From: Campylobacterota bacterium
GTDB taxonomy: Bacteria > Campylobacterota > Campylobacteria > Campylobacterales > Arcobacteraceae
Assembly (NCBI GenBank): GCA_034716855.1
Contig: JAYEKV010000160.1
Span: 1,926 to 65,925 of the forward strand
Direction: 5' to 3'
Length of the DNA stretch: 64,000 bases
In this document: in pieces, positions 39,637-48,294 of the stretch
How positions within the stretch are numbered: the first letter of the stretch is position 1
Layout of the letters: every line of letters begins with the position of its first letter
Translations under genes and position numbers: made by a program
Notes under the pieces: generated by a model
The model's input: the letters and a program-made list of their open reading frames with translations, nothing else
Told to the model about the DNA's origin: nothing
Databases searched by the model: none

Positions 39637-40146
39637 TTATCTTGCATCTTTAATTGCGTTTAGTACCTCTTCATAATCTGGTTCATCAGTTACCTCAGGA
39701 ACAACCTGCTTATAAGTTATCTCACCACTTCTGTTTATGACAAAGATAGTTCTTGCTAATAATCCTTTTAGTTTATTATCTACCATAAGTACACCGTAAG
39801 ATTTACCAAACTCTTTATCTACATAGTCACTTCCAACTTCTAGATTATCTATACCTTCTGTTGTACAAAACTTCGAAGAAGCAAAAGGCAAGTCCATAGA
39901 CACAACAGTAGTCATACATATATCAAGATTACCAACCTCTTGATTGAACCTTCTAGTCTCAGCTGCACAAGTTGAAGTATCTAAAGAAGGTACAGATATA
40001 ATTAACTGAACCTTATCGTTTGCTCCACCAACCTCTATATCTTCTAGGTCTGCACTTACTATTGTAACTACAGGCGCCATATCTCCAACTTGAAGGTCGT
40101 TGCCTTCCAATGTTACATCAGTACCTTTAAATTTTGTCATCTCCAT
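39637..40146 (-). CDS. tpx: Thiol peroxidase
   Basis: 169 aa with Tpx-type sequence, including VPSLDTSTC (peroxidatic Cys) and the resolving Cys region. Confidence 0.95.
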   Translation of the reverse strand: MEMTKFKGTDVTLEGNDLQVGDMAPVVTIVSADLEDIEVGGANDKVQLIISVPSLDTSTCAAETRRFNQEVGNLDICMTTVVSMDLPFASSKFCTTEGIDNLEVGSDYVDKEFGKSYGVLMVDNKLKGLLARTIFVINRSGEITYKQVVPEVTDEPDYEEVLNAIKDAR

Positions 40147-40176
40147 ATCATACTCCTTTATTTTAAGATTAAACTA

Positions 40177-42117
40177 TTAAGAAACCAAATCCTTGATCTT
40201 AACTTTTAGTTGATCAACGGTAAACCCAAACTTCTCAAATAATTTATTTGCAGGTCCACTTTCTCCAAATGATTCCATACCAATCACATGATCTGCAAAT
40301 TTGTAGTATTCCATAGCAGTAGCAGCTTCAATTGCAACAACTGTTGTATTTGGATCAATAATTGTATCTATATATTCTTTAGATTGTTCACAAAGAAGAT
40401 CAAAACATGGTACAGATACAATATTTGCATTTATCCCAAAATCAGATTCTAAGAAACATGCAGTTTGAAGTGCCAACATAACTTCACTACCAGAAGCCAT
40501 TAAAGTCACTTTTGCATTATCTCTTTTTGTTAATAAATACCCACCGTTACTAACTTCACCATGTGCCTTTTCAGGCTTAAGTGTTTTAAGCTTTTGTCTT
40601 GATGTTACAAATGCAGTAGGTGCATTCATAGTTAAAGCCTTCTTCCAACATTCAATATTTTCAGTAGCATCAGCAGGTCTAAAAGTATAGAAGTTAGGCA
40701 TAGCTCTAAACTGACTTAATTGTTCAACAGGCTGATGTGTAGCACCATCTTCACCAACACCGATAGAGTCATGACTCCAGATAAAATGTTGAGAAATATT
40801 TGAAAGTGCAGCAACTCTAGCTGCCGGTTTTAAATAGTCTGAGAATATAAAGAATGTTGCAGTATATACTTTAAATAAACCATAAAGATTCATCGCATTT
40901 GAAATTGCAGCCATAGAGTGTTCTTTTATTCCAAAGTGCAGATTCCTACCTTTTGGAAAATCTCCAAGACCTAAAAGCTCAGTTTTATTTGAAGGTGCAA
41001 GGTCTGCAGATCCACCTATGAAGCTTGGTACTGCTTTAGCAATTGCATTTAATATCTTATGGTTTGAATCTCTAGTTGCTATCTCTGCAGTTTCACTAAA
41101 GTCAGGATATTCAACTTTTGAATAATCAGGATTTAAAAGTGCAGTTAATGTTTCATTTTGCTCACTTAAAGGAAGATCTTTTTTAACTAATTTATCCCAT
41201 GCTTTACTTAAAAGTGCACCTGACTCAGTTTTATCAAAAGCTTCTTTCACTTCACATGGAACTACAAAAGATGCTTCTGGGTCAAATCCTGCATTTTTCT
41301 TTGAAGATTTAAGCTCTTCGTCACCTAAAGGTGCACCGTGTGTTTTGTGTGAACCTTCCATAGTAGCAGCACCTTTTCCGATTGCTGTTTTTGCTATGAT
41401 TATTGTTGGTTTGTCACTATTTTTAGAATCTACTAGAGCACTGTCTATCTCTTCAAAATCATGTCCGTCAATTGTGATAACATTAAAATTAATAGCTTCA
41501 AATCTTTTTGCTACATCTTCACTCCATGCAATTGATATATCACCCTCAATAGTTATATCATTACTGTCGTATATAAGAGTAAAGTTTGATATACCCTGAT
41601 GACCTAAAGTTGCACATGCTTCATATGAGATACCCTCTTGAAGATCTCCATCACCACATAAACAATAAACATGATGATCAATAATTTCAGCAGTCTCAGA
41701 GTTTACACAGTACTTTGCATACTCACTTGCCATAGCAAAACCTACAGCATTTGCAACACCCTGCCCTAAAGGACCAGTTGTGATCTCTACACCACTTGTA
41801 TGTCCATACTCAGGGTGACCAGGAGTTTTACTTCCAACTTGTCTAAAATCTTTAAGATCGTTTATATTTACATCAAATCCCCATAAATGCAATAAAGAAT
41901 AAACCAAACTACTGGCATGACCACCTGAGAATACAAGTCTATCTCTATTTAGCCATGTAGGGTTTTTAGGATCAAGTTTAAGGTGTTTACTTAATACTGT
42001 TGCAATATCAGCAAGTCCCATAGGCGCACCTGGGTGTCCGCTATTTGCTTGTTGTACCATATCTGCTGCTAAAAATCTAATCGTATCTGCTTGTTTTTGT
42101 AAAAGTTGTTGTGACAA
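40177..42117 (-). CDS. tkt: Transketolase
   Basis: 646 aa with N-terminal SGHPGAPMG, the TPP motif GDGDLQEG and transketolase pyrimidine-binding and C-terminal regions. Confidence 0.95.
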   Translation of the reverse strand: MSQQLLQKQADTIRFLAADMVQQANSGHPGAPMGLADIATVLSKHLKLDPKNPTWLNRDRLVFSGGHASSLVYSLLHLWGFDVNINDLKDFRQVGSKTPGHPEYGHTSGVEITTGPLGQGVANAVGFAMASEYAKYCVNSETAEIIDHHVYCLCGDGDLQEGISYEACATLGHQGISNFTLIYDSNDITIEGDISIAWSEDVAKRFEAINFNVITIDGHDFEEIDSALVDSKNSDKPTIIIAKTAIGKGAATMEGSHKTHGAPLGDEELKSSKKNAGFDPEASFVVPCEVKEAFDKTESGALLSKAWDKLVKKDLPLSEQNETLTALLNPDYSKVEYPDFSETAEIATRDSNHKILNAIAKAVPSFIGGSADLAPSNKTELLGLGDFPKGRNLHFGIKEHSMAAISNAMNLYGLFKVYTATFFIFSDYLKPAARVAALSNISQHFIWSHDSIGVGEDGATHQPVEQLSQFRAMPNFYTFRPADATENIECWKKALTMNAPTAFVTSRQKLKTLKPEKAHGEVSNGGYLLTKRDNAKVTLMASGSEVMLALQTACFLESDFGINANIVSVPCFDLLCEQSKEYIDTIIDPNTTVVAIEAATAMEYYKFADHVIGMESFGESGPANKLFEKFGFTVDQLKVKIKDLVS

Positions 42118-42171
42118 TTTTATTTCCTATATTGTGTTTTTTATTATTTTACCTAAAATTTGGTAAATATT

Positions 42172-43833
42172 TTATTGGTCAAAATCTTTATTTCTGAATT
42201 TTTTCCTAATATATAAAAATTCCTGCATATGTTCATTGAAAATATCAACAATCTCTGGATCAAAGTGTTTCCCTTTTTGATCATTTATAAAATTAATAAT
42301 ATCAGGTAAAGGCCAACCTTTTTTATAACTTCTATCTTCCCCTAAAGCATCAAATACATCAGCAAGTGCTGTTATTCTAGAATAGATATGTATCTCTTCC
42401 TCTTTTATTCCTTTTGGATAACCTGAACCATCCCATTTTTCGTGGTGTTCATATGCAATTTGTGAAGCTGTTTTTACTATTTTATTTTTTGAACCATTCA
42501 GCATATGATAACCAACTGTAGTATGTGACTTCATTATCTCAAATTCTACATCAGTAAGTTTTCCAGCTTTATGTAAAATATCATCAGGGATTCCTACTTT
42601 ACCAATATCATGTAAAGCACTAGCACTATATAACAGATCTATATCGTCTTTATCTATACCTAAATGTGTAGCTATAATTTTACAGTACTCAGCTACCCTT
42701 CTTACATGATACCCAGTCTCCTCACTTCTAGTTTCTGCTATCATACCCATTCTTGTAAGGATCTCTTCTTGGGTATTTTTAAGTTCAAGGTTTAGCTCGA
42801 CTATATCAGTAATATCTTTTCTAATAGCTATATATTCAGAAATTTCATTGTTTTTATCCATTATAGGCAGAATTGTAGTATCAACATAATAGAACGAACC
42901 ATCTTTTTTTCTATTCTTTACTTGTCCATTCCATACTTGTTTACTCTTAATAGTGTCCCATAGATTTTCAAATATTTTTTTAGGTAGGTCTTTACTTCTT
43001 ACGATATTGTGAGGTTTACCTATTAACTCTTCCCTTGTGTACTGGGATGCTTTACAAAACTCATCATTCACATAAGTGATATTACCTTTTAAGTCAGTTT
43101 TAGAAACTATATTTGTTATATCGATTGCATCTTTATATTGATGAAAAAGTTTTTCAGTATCTTCTAAAGTACTTTCCGTTTTCATTTGATTTAATATCAA
43201 TCTCATTGAATACATCATAATTACAATTATTGAGAAGATTGTCATTATTGTAGTAATAGCAATAAAATTTTTCTGACTTTTCATATCACTATGAAATTGA
43301 TCAGTAAGATCATCAAAACCTTTTGTTTTCATTTTACTTATCATTTTAAAATACATTCTACTCTTTACAGCAAGTGGAGTAGCATCAACTTTATAGTCTT
43401 TATACATTTTGTATTTTTCTTCATTTGTAGCATTTTTTAATGAAAGCATCTTTGATAATGCATCATCTACAAAAGCTAATGTTGACTTTTTAGATAAACT
43501 TAAAACCAATAATTTACTTTTATCGTCAAAAGTATCTTTAATACTATCTTCTAATTGATCATAATTATATTTTATTATATCTATACTATTTTTCAATTTA
43601 TTAATATTATTATCATATTCATTTCCAAGCATAATATCTCTAGTAGATCTACTTATATAATTCACCTCTTTATTAATAAGTAATATAGCTGTCTTACCCT
43701 TGACAGCTTTATCTTTATAGGCTATAAAAGAATCATCAAGTTTTTTTGCAGTATGAATAATAAACTGTGAAGCTACAAATACAGTCACTACTATAATAGA
43801 GGTTATAATATATATTTTTTGTTTTATGTTCAA
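42172..43833 (-). CDS. Membrane sensor HD-GYP phosphodiesterase with PAS domain
   Basis: 553 aa with two TM segments flanking an extracytoplasmic region, a PAS domain, and an HD-GYP domain (HDIGK, HHEKWDGSGYP). Confidence 0.9.
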   Translation of the reverse strand: MNIKQKIYIITSIIVVTVFVASQFIIHTAKKLDDSFIAYKDKAVKGKTAILLINKEVNYISRSTRDIMLGNEYDNNINKLKNSIDIIKYNYDQLEDSIKDTFDDKSKLLVLSLSKKSTLAFVDDALSKMLSLKNATNEEKYKMYKDYKVDATPLAVKSRMYFKMISKMKTKGFDDLTDQFHSDMKSQKNFIAITTIMTIFSIIVIMMYSMRLILNQMKTESTLEDTEKLFHQYKDAIDITNIVSKTDLKGNITYVNDEFCKASQYTREELIGKPHNIVRSKDLPKKIFENLWDTIKSKQVWNGQVKNRKKDGSFYYVDTTILPIMDKNNEISEYIAIRKDITDIVELNLELKNTQEEILTRMGMIAETRSEETGYHVRRVAEYCKIIATHLGIDKDDIDLLYSASALHDIGKVGIPDDILHKAGKLTDVEFEIMKSHTTVGYHMLNGSKNKIVKTASQIAYEHHEKWDGSGYPKGIKEEEIHIYSRITALADVFDALGEDRSYKKGWPLPDIINFINDQKGKHFDPEIVDIFNEHMQEFLYIRKKFRNKDFDQ

Positions 43834-43955
43834 ATCTTATCCAAAATTATTTTTTTATTATTCTAATATAATATTACTTATAAAACTTAATATTTTTATT
43901 AGAAAGTGGAAATTTATAACATAACGGGTAAAATACTAAAAAACAAAGGGTACCT

Positions 43956-44405
43956 ATGAACTTAAAAGATAAATTAAAAGCTGATTTAAAAGAAGCTATG
44001 AGAGCTAAAGAGATAACAAAAAGAGATTCTATCAGATCTATAAATACAATGATAAAACAAATTGAAGTTGATCAAAGGATAGAACTAAAAGATGAAGATA
44101 TTGTAAAACTTATCCAAAAAGGTATAAAACAAAGAGAAGAAGCTATCTCTCAATACAAAGATGCCAAAAGAGATGATCTTGTTGAAAATGAACAAAATCA
44201 AATAGATATATTTAATCTTTATCTTCCAAAACAATTATCAGATTCAGAACTTGAAGGAATTTTAAAAACAATTATTACAGAAGTTGGTGCAACATCTATG
44301 AAAGATATGGGAAAGATAATGAATCCTGCAAAAGAAAAAATCGGCGGTTCTGCAGATGGTAAGAGGATTAATGAAACAGTAAAAAAACTACTTACTGAAC
44401 AATAA
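43956..44405 (+). CDS. GatB/YqeY domain protein
   Basis: 149 aa with the typical LKADLKEAMRAKE N-terminus and length. Confidence 0.85.
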   Translation: MNLKDKLKADLKEAMRAKEITKRDSIRSINTMIKQIEVDQRIELKDEDIVKLIQKGIKQREEAISQYKDAKRDDLVENEQNQIDIFNLYLPKQLSDSELEGILKTIITEVGATSMKDMGKIMNPAKEKIGGSADGKRINETVKKLLTEQ

Positions 44406-44410
44406 ACTAC

Positions 44411-44442
44411 AAAAGATCTTTTACTTCCCTAAAAGATCTTTT
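44411..44442. terminator. Hairpin formed by two copies of the self-complementary 12-mer AAAAGATCTTTT (likely bidirectional terminator)
   Basis: Copies at 44411-44422 and 44431-44442 are separated by 8 nt and sit between convergent genes. The second copy overlaps the last codons of the minus-strand CDS. Confidence 0.55.
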
Positions 44443-45428
44443 AACTGAACAAAACTATTCAATATAGATGCATTGATATAGTAAACATCCACAGCATCTT
44501 GCAACACAAACACATGTTCTTTCCAATTTACAAGATCATCCATAATAGCAACTATAAACTTTGATGCCATCTCTTTTCTTTCAACTTCGTTAAAATCTGT
44601 TTCTTTCAACAATTCCACAAGCCCATAAAGAACCTTGCTTAGTTCTTCAAACTCCGTAAATGTATATAAAAATCTATTGTATTTTTCAAGAAGATATACA
44701 ATATCATCCAATTTGTCTTCAATCTTACTTTCAAAAAGTAGAAAAGCGATAAGTGCATCTAACTCCTCTTCAAGGTCTATAAGGTCTTCAGTATCAAGTT
44801 CGTTTTCACTATAGCCTTCTAAAAACTCCATAGCAGTAACTTTTTTATGAGAATCATTAAAAGCATCCATTAACTCTTTACTGTGTTCTATACCATTTTT
44901 ATCTTCTTCTTCATCAAAATCCATAAAGTCATCTGAATCATCATCAAAATCCATAAACTCTTCTGAATCATCATCAAAGTCCATAAACTCGTCATCTTGC
45001 TCTTCATTTGAATCTGGCAGTTCTTTTTGCTCTTCTTTTTTATCGTTGAAACCTTCTAAAAAAGTTTCTAATGAGTACTCTATCTCTTTGTTGTCATAAG
45101 GTTGATATATATATTTGTAAACACCAAGTTTTAATGCTTTAAATCTATACTCTTTGTCATTAAGATTTGTAACACCGATAATTTGAGGCAATTCTATATT
45201 CATAATCCTCAATTGTCCTAGCATCTTAAGTGCATCTAACTTACAAGAAGCAATATTTACATATGCAAGATCAATTTTATTATCACTCAATATTTTAACT
45301 GCATCAGTACAGTTTTCAGCTTCAAAATAATTACAATCAATACCAACTTTTTTTAAATACTCCGTGGAATCTTGACGAATTATTTTATTATGCAAAGGAT
45401 TACTATCTACTAATAAAATATTTAACAT
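44421..45428 (-). CDS. Acidic pseudo-receiver protein with triplicated FMDFD motif (possibly ChePep-related)
   Basis: 335 aa. The N-terminal REC-like fold lacks the phospho-acceptor Asp (YVNIAS) and the conserved Lys (YQPY). An acidic repeat linker and a helical C-terminal domain follow. Last gene of the chemosensory operon. Confidence 0.7.
   Translation of the reverse strand: MLNILLVDSNPLHNKIIRQDSTEYLKKVGIDCNYFEAENCTDAVKILSDNKIDLAYVNIASCKLDALKMLGQLRIMNIELPQIIGVTNLNDKEYRFKALKLGVYKYIYQPYDNKEIEYSLETFLEGFNDKKEEQKELPDSNEEQDDEFMDFDDDSEEFMDFDDDSDDFMDFDEEEDKNGIEHSKELMDAFNDSHKKVTAMEFLEGYSENELDTEDLIDLEEELDALIAFLLFESKIEDKLDDIVYLLEKYNRFLYTFTEFEELSKVLYGLVELLKETDFNEVERKEMASKFIVAIMDDLVNWKEHVFVLQDAVDVYYINASILNSFVQLKDLLGK
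44911..45000 (-). repeat. 3 x 30-bp in-frame tandem repeat encoding (D/E)(D/E)FMDFD(D/E)(D/E)S
   Basis: Units at 44911-44940, 44941-44970 and 44971-45000 are near-identical on direct reading. Confidence 0.9.
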
Positions 45429-45431
45429 ATA

Positions 45432-45656
45432 TCAGACAGCCAACTTTAGGTTTTCAAAAAATTTTTCATTAAATTCATCCTCTACAGTTATCTGTTTTTC
45501 AGTAGATAAACAAAATAGTATCTGCATAATTGAAGGGTGTATATCATTTGAAGTTACAACTATTTCATCACAATCTTTCGAAAGCTTCAACAACTCTTCA
45601 TAATTTTCATATTCTAATTTATCCTCTAAAATAAGTACATTTTCTTCTAGCTTCAT
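45432..45656 (-). CDS. Small STAS-like protein (tentative)
   Basis: 74 aa. The hydrophobic/acidic pattern (VLILEDKLEY...DEIVVTSNDIHPSIMQILFCL) resembles short STAS/SpoIIAA-like domains. Embedded in the che operon. Confidence 0.4.
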   Translation of the reverse strand: MKLEENVLILEDKLEYENYEELLKLSKDCDEIVVTSNDIHPSIMQILFCLSTEKQITVEDEFNEKFFENLKLAV

Positions 45657-45670
45657 TATCTATCCTTCTA

Positions 45671-46057
45671 TTATCTTATTCTAAGAACTCTTTTTATGGC
45701 CGTAATAACTTTATTACTTGTAAAGGGCTTAGTTATCCAACCGGTAAGTCCTACTGCTTTACCTTTGGCTTTCATTTCAGGTGAATTTTCAGTAGTCAAT
45801 GCCAATATAGGTTTTATTTTTGTAGATGGAACTGACTTTAAAAACTTTGCAAGATCAAGACCATTCATCTCAGGCATATTTATATCCGTTATACACATAT
45901 CATAAACCATACCATTTTTAACATCCTCTACAAGTTCCAAAGGATTTGTGTAAGATATTCTTTCTATTTCTCCTGCTTTTTCAAGATCCTCCATAGCCAT
46001 CTCTAAAGAAAGATGTACTGTCTGAGAATCATCTACAACGACAACTTTTTTTGCCAT
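45671..46057 (-). CDS. cheY: CheY-like single-domain response regulator
   Basis: 128 aa with canonical DD, the phospho-acceptor in ITDINMP, T in ALTTE and K in TKPF. Confidence 0.85.
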   Translation of the reverse strand: MAKKVVVVDDSQTVHLSLEMAMEDLEKAGEIERISYTNPLELVEDVKNGMVYDMCITDINMPEMNGLDLAKFLKSVPSTKIKPILALTTENSPEMKAKGKAVGLTGWITKPFTSNKVITAIKRVLRIR

Positions 46058-46059
46058 AA

Positions 46060-46815
46060 TTAGTCTCCTTGAATTTTATTTAATATATAAGTACTTAAGA
46101 TATCATAATCTATAGCACCTCTAGCTTTTGGTTCACTTTTACATAAAGGAATACCATCAACAAATGCTTTTGCAAGCTTTATATCTCTTCTTATTGAGGG
46201 TAAAATTTTATCCTTCCCTATACTCAATTCTAACTTGTCCAATATTTCTGTATGTTCTATCATACTTTTATTGTACATTGTAGGTACTACACCTAAAAGT
46301 TCTATATCAGATTTTACACTAATAGAGTTTTTATAAAAAATTCTTAAAAACTGTAAAACACCCACTAAGCTTAAATACTCACACTGCATTGGTACAAGTG
46401 CATAGTCACTTACTTTTAGAGCATTTTTCAAAAGTATATCTGATGTTGGAGGTGTATCTATAATACAAAAATCATAATCTTTTTTCTGTTTTATTTTTCT
46501 AAAAAGCTTTTTAAGTTTAGCTGATTCACTTGCAAGTTCAGATATATCAAAATTCACATGTGCAGGTATAAAATCCAAAGTAGGTACTGCCGTATTTTGA
46601 ACAGCATTTTTATAAAACTTACCCATTTTCAGCATATCATGAATTCCAAGTACAAAATGGTCATTCACACCAAGACCAGTTTGAAGATGTCCTTGTGTAT
46701 CCAAATCAATTAAAAGGACCTCATAACCTTTTGAAGCAATATTAAAAGCAAGGTTTACAGATGTTGTGGTCTTACCAACCCCGCCTTTTCTATTAGTAAC
46801 TAAAATTGTTTTCAA
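46060..46815 (-). CDS. ParA/MinD-family ATPase embedded in the chemosensory operon
   Basis: 251 aa with a deviant Walker A (NRKGGVGKTT). Lies 2 nt from cheY and 12 nt from cheR. No parB nearby. Confidence 0.85.
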   Translation of the reverse strand: MKTILVTNRKGGVGKTTTSVNLAFNIASKGYEVLLIDLDTQGHLQTGLGVNDHFVLGIHDMLKMGKFYKNAVQNTAVPTLDFIPAHVNFDISELASESAKLKKLFRKIKQKKDYDFCIIDTPPTSDILLKNALKVSDYALVPMQCEYLSLVGVLQFLRIFYKNSISVKSDIELLGVVPTMYNKSMIEHTEILDKLELSIGKDKILPSIRRDIKLAKAFVDGIPLCKSEPKARGAIDYDILSTYILNKIQGD

Positions 46816-46827
46816 AAATAACCCCCT

Positions 46828-47646
46828 CTAATACTTTTGGTAAACCAACGATTTACCCATTCTTTGAGTTTTAAAAAGTGAACTTATACGACTCATTTTG
46901 TCTGCATGACCTAAGAAAATATATCCATCATTATTTAAAAGATCATAAAAAGTGACACCAACTTCTCTTCTGCTTTCATCGTCAAAGTATATCAACATAT
47001 TTCTTGAAAAAATTATGTCAAACTTCCCAAGTAGTCTTACTTGTGATTTATCCATAATATTAACTATTTTAAAATTAACTGCACCTTTTATCATTGGTGC
47101 TATCTCAAAACCTTTTTCAGTTATGTTAAAATATTCTTTTAAAAGATGATTTGGTATAAATTGAACACTTCGTTTATTATAAATACCTTTTTTTGCTTTT
47201 TTTATTACCGTACTATCTATATCAATTGCAACAATCTCTATATCTCTTTTATTGATAATTTCAGCTTCGTCCAAAATATTTAAAACCATTGTATAAGGTT
47301 CTTCCCCTGTAGATGAAGGTGCACAAAGTATTCTAATTATATCATCTTTAGCTTTATTTCTATCAATTTGAGGAAGAACTATATCAATTAATGATTCAAA
47401 ATGGTGCTTTTCTCGGTAGAAATAAGTTTCATTCACTGTTATCAAATTAATAACTTCTTGAATTATTGCTTGACTCTTTCCAAACCTAATAGTATGAAAA
47501 AAAGATCTAAAATTTTCATATCCGTGTTCATCCAAATAAGGTGTTAGTTTTTTAATAAAAGAATCCTGTTTTTTATCATCTATAAAAATACCGGTCTTTC
47601 TATAAATATAATCTCGTATCTTTATAAACTCTTTATAATTAATCAT
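46828..47646 (-). CDS. cheR: Chemotaxis protein methyltransferase CheR
   Basis: 272 aa with an N-terminal helical domain and a SAM-binding domain (ILCAPSSTGEEPY, FSRNMLIYF). Confidence 0.9.
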   Translation of the reverse strand: MINYKEFIKIRDYIYRKTGIFIDDKKQDSFIKKLTPYLDEHGYENFRSFFHTIRFGKSQAIIQEVINLITVNETYFYREKHHFESLIDIVLPQIDRNKAKDDIIRILCAPSSTGEEPYTMVLNILDEAEIINKRDIEIVAIDIDSTVIKKAKKGIYNKRSVQFIPNHLLKEYFNITEKGFEIAPMIKGAVNFKIVNIMDKSQVRLLGKFDIIFSRNMLIYFDDESRREVGVTFYDLLNNDGYIFLGHADKMSRISSLFKTQRMGKSLVYQKY

Positions 47647-47649
47647 AAA

Positions 47650-48294
47650 TTAACCTTTGATCTTCTCACATGCCAAGTCTATACCAAAAGCTACATAAGG
47701 CTCTTGTGAAAACTTTTCTTTTAATAATAAAAGTTCTTCTATATCCTCTAACTCACCAATCTCACCTAAGTAATCAACAGCTGTCATAATGACATTAATA
47801 TTCTTTTCATCTTCTATAAGCTCTAAAAGCATATCTCTGGAATCTTCATAATTAACATCACCTAATATATTTACAGCAAATATTCGAATATCTTTATCTT
47901 CATTGTGAAGAAGTTTTGATATAAAAGGTTTTGCAGTTTCACCGTACTCTTGTAGAAAAGTTATCGCTTTATTTCTAAGATATGCATTAGATGATTGTAA
48001 CATTTTGAAAATATTATCATAATCCTCCGCCCTTTTAGGTTTGGTTGTAAAGCTTGAAAAAGCATGATCTATAAGAGGATGATCTATAAGAGGATGATCT
48101 AAATTATCCTGATTTGAATACTTACTTAACAGTATATCTAGAACATAACTTATCTCCTGATGTCCCAAAATATAGTTCAGAGCATCAAATCTTACCTCTT
48201 CGATCTCATCATTATTTTCAAATGCATCTTTAGCATCTAAAAAAGTTCTGAATGTTCTTGTATACTCTTCTACATTGCTCTTAACAAAAGCCAT
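47650..48294 (-). CDS. HEAT-repeat protein
   Basis: 214 aa with three or more HEAT-like repeats (NAYLRNKAITFLQEYG, DKDIRIFAVNILGDV, NVIMTAVDYLGEIG). Located between cheB and cheR. Confidence 0.7.
   Translation of the reverse strand: MAFVKSNVEEYTRTFRTFLDAKDAFENNDEIEEVRFDALNYILGHQEISYVLDILLSKYSNQDNLDHPLIDHPLIDHAFSSFTTKPKRAEDYDNIFKMLQSSNAYLRNKAITFLQEYGETAKPFISKLLHNEDKDIRIFAVNILGDVNYEDSRDMLLELIEDEKNINVIMTAVDYLGEIGELEDIEELLLLKEKFSQEPYVAFGIDLACEKIKG
48064..48101 (-). repeat. 15-bp tandem repeat (about 2.5 copies) encoding DHPLI-DHPLI-DH
   Basis: ATGATCTATAAGAGG is repeated at 48064-48078 and 48079-48093, with a partial third copy. In frame within the HEAT gene. Confidence 0.85.

Noticed and set aside
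44911-45000. Possible CRISPR-like or intergenic repeat array
   Set aside because: The three 30-bp units are directly adjacent with no spacers, lie in frame inside a CDS, and encode a repeated peptide motif.
46060-46815. Plasmid or chromosome partition (parAB) locus
   Set aside because: There is no parB or centromere-like repeat array, and the gene is embedded with 2-12 nt gaps inside a che operon. A chemosensory cargo-positioning role is more plausible.
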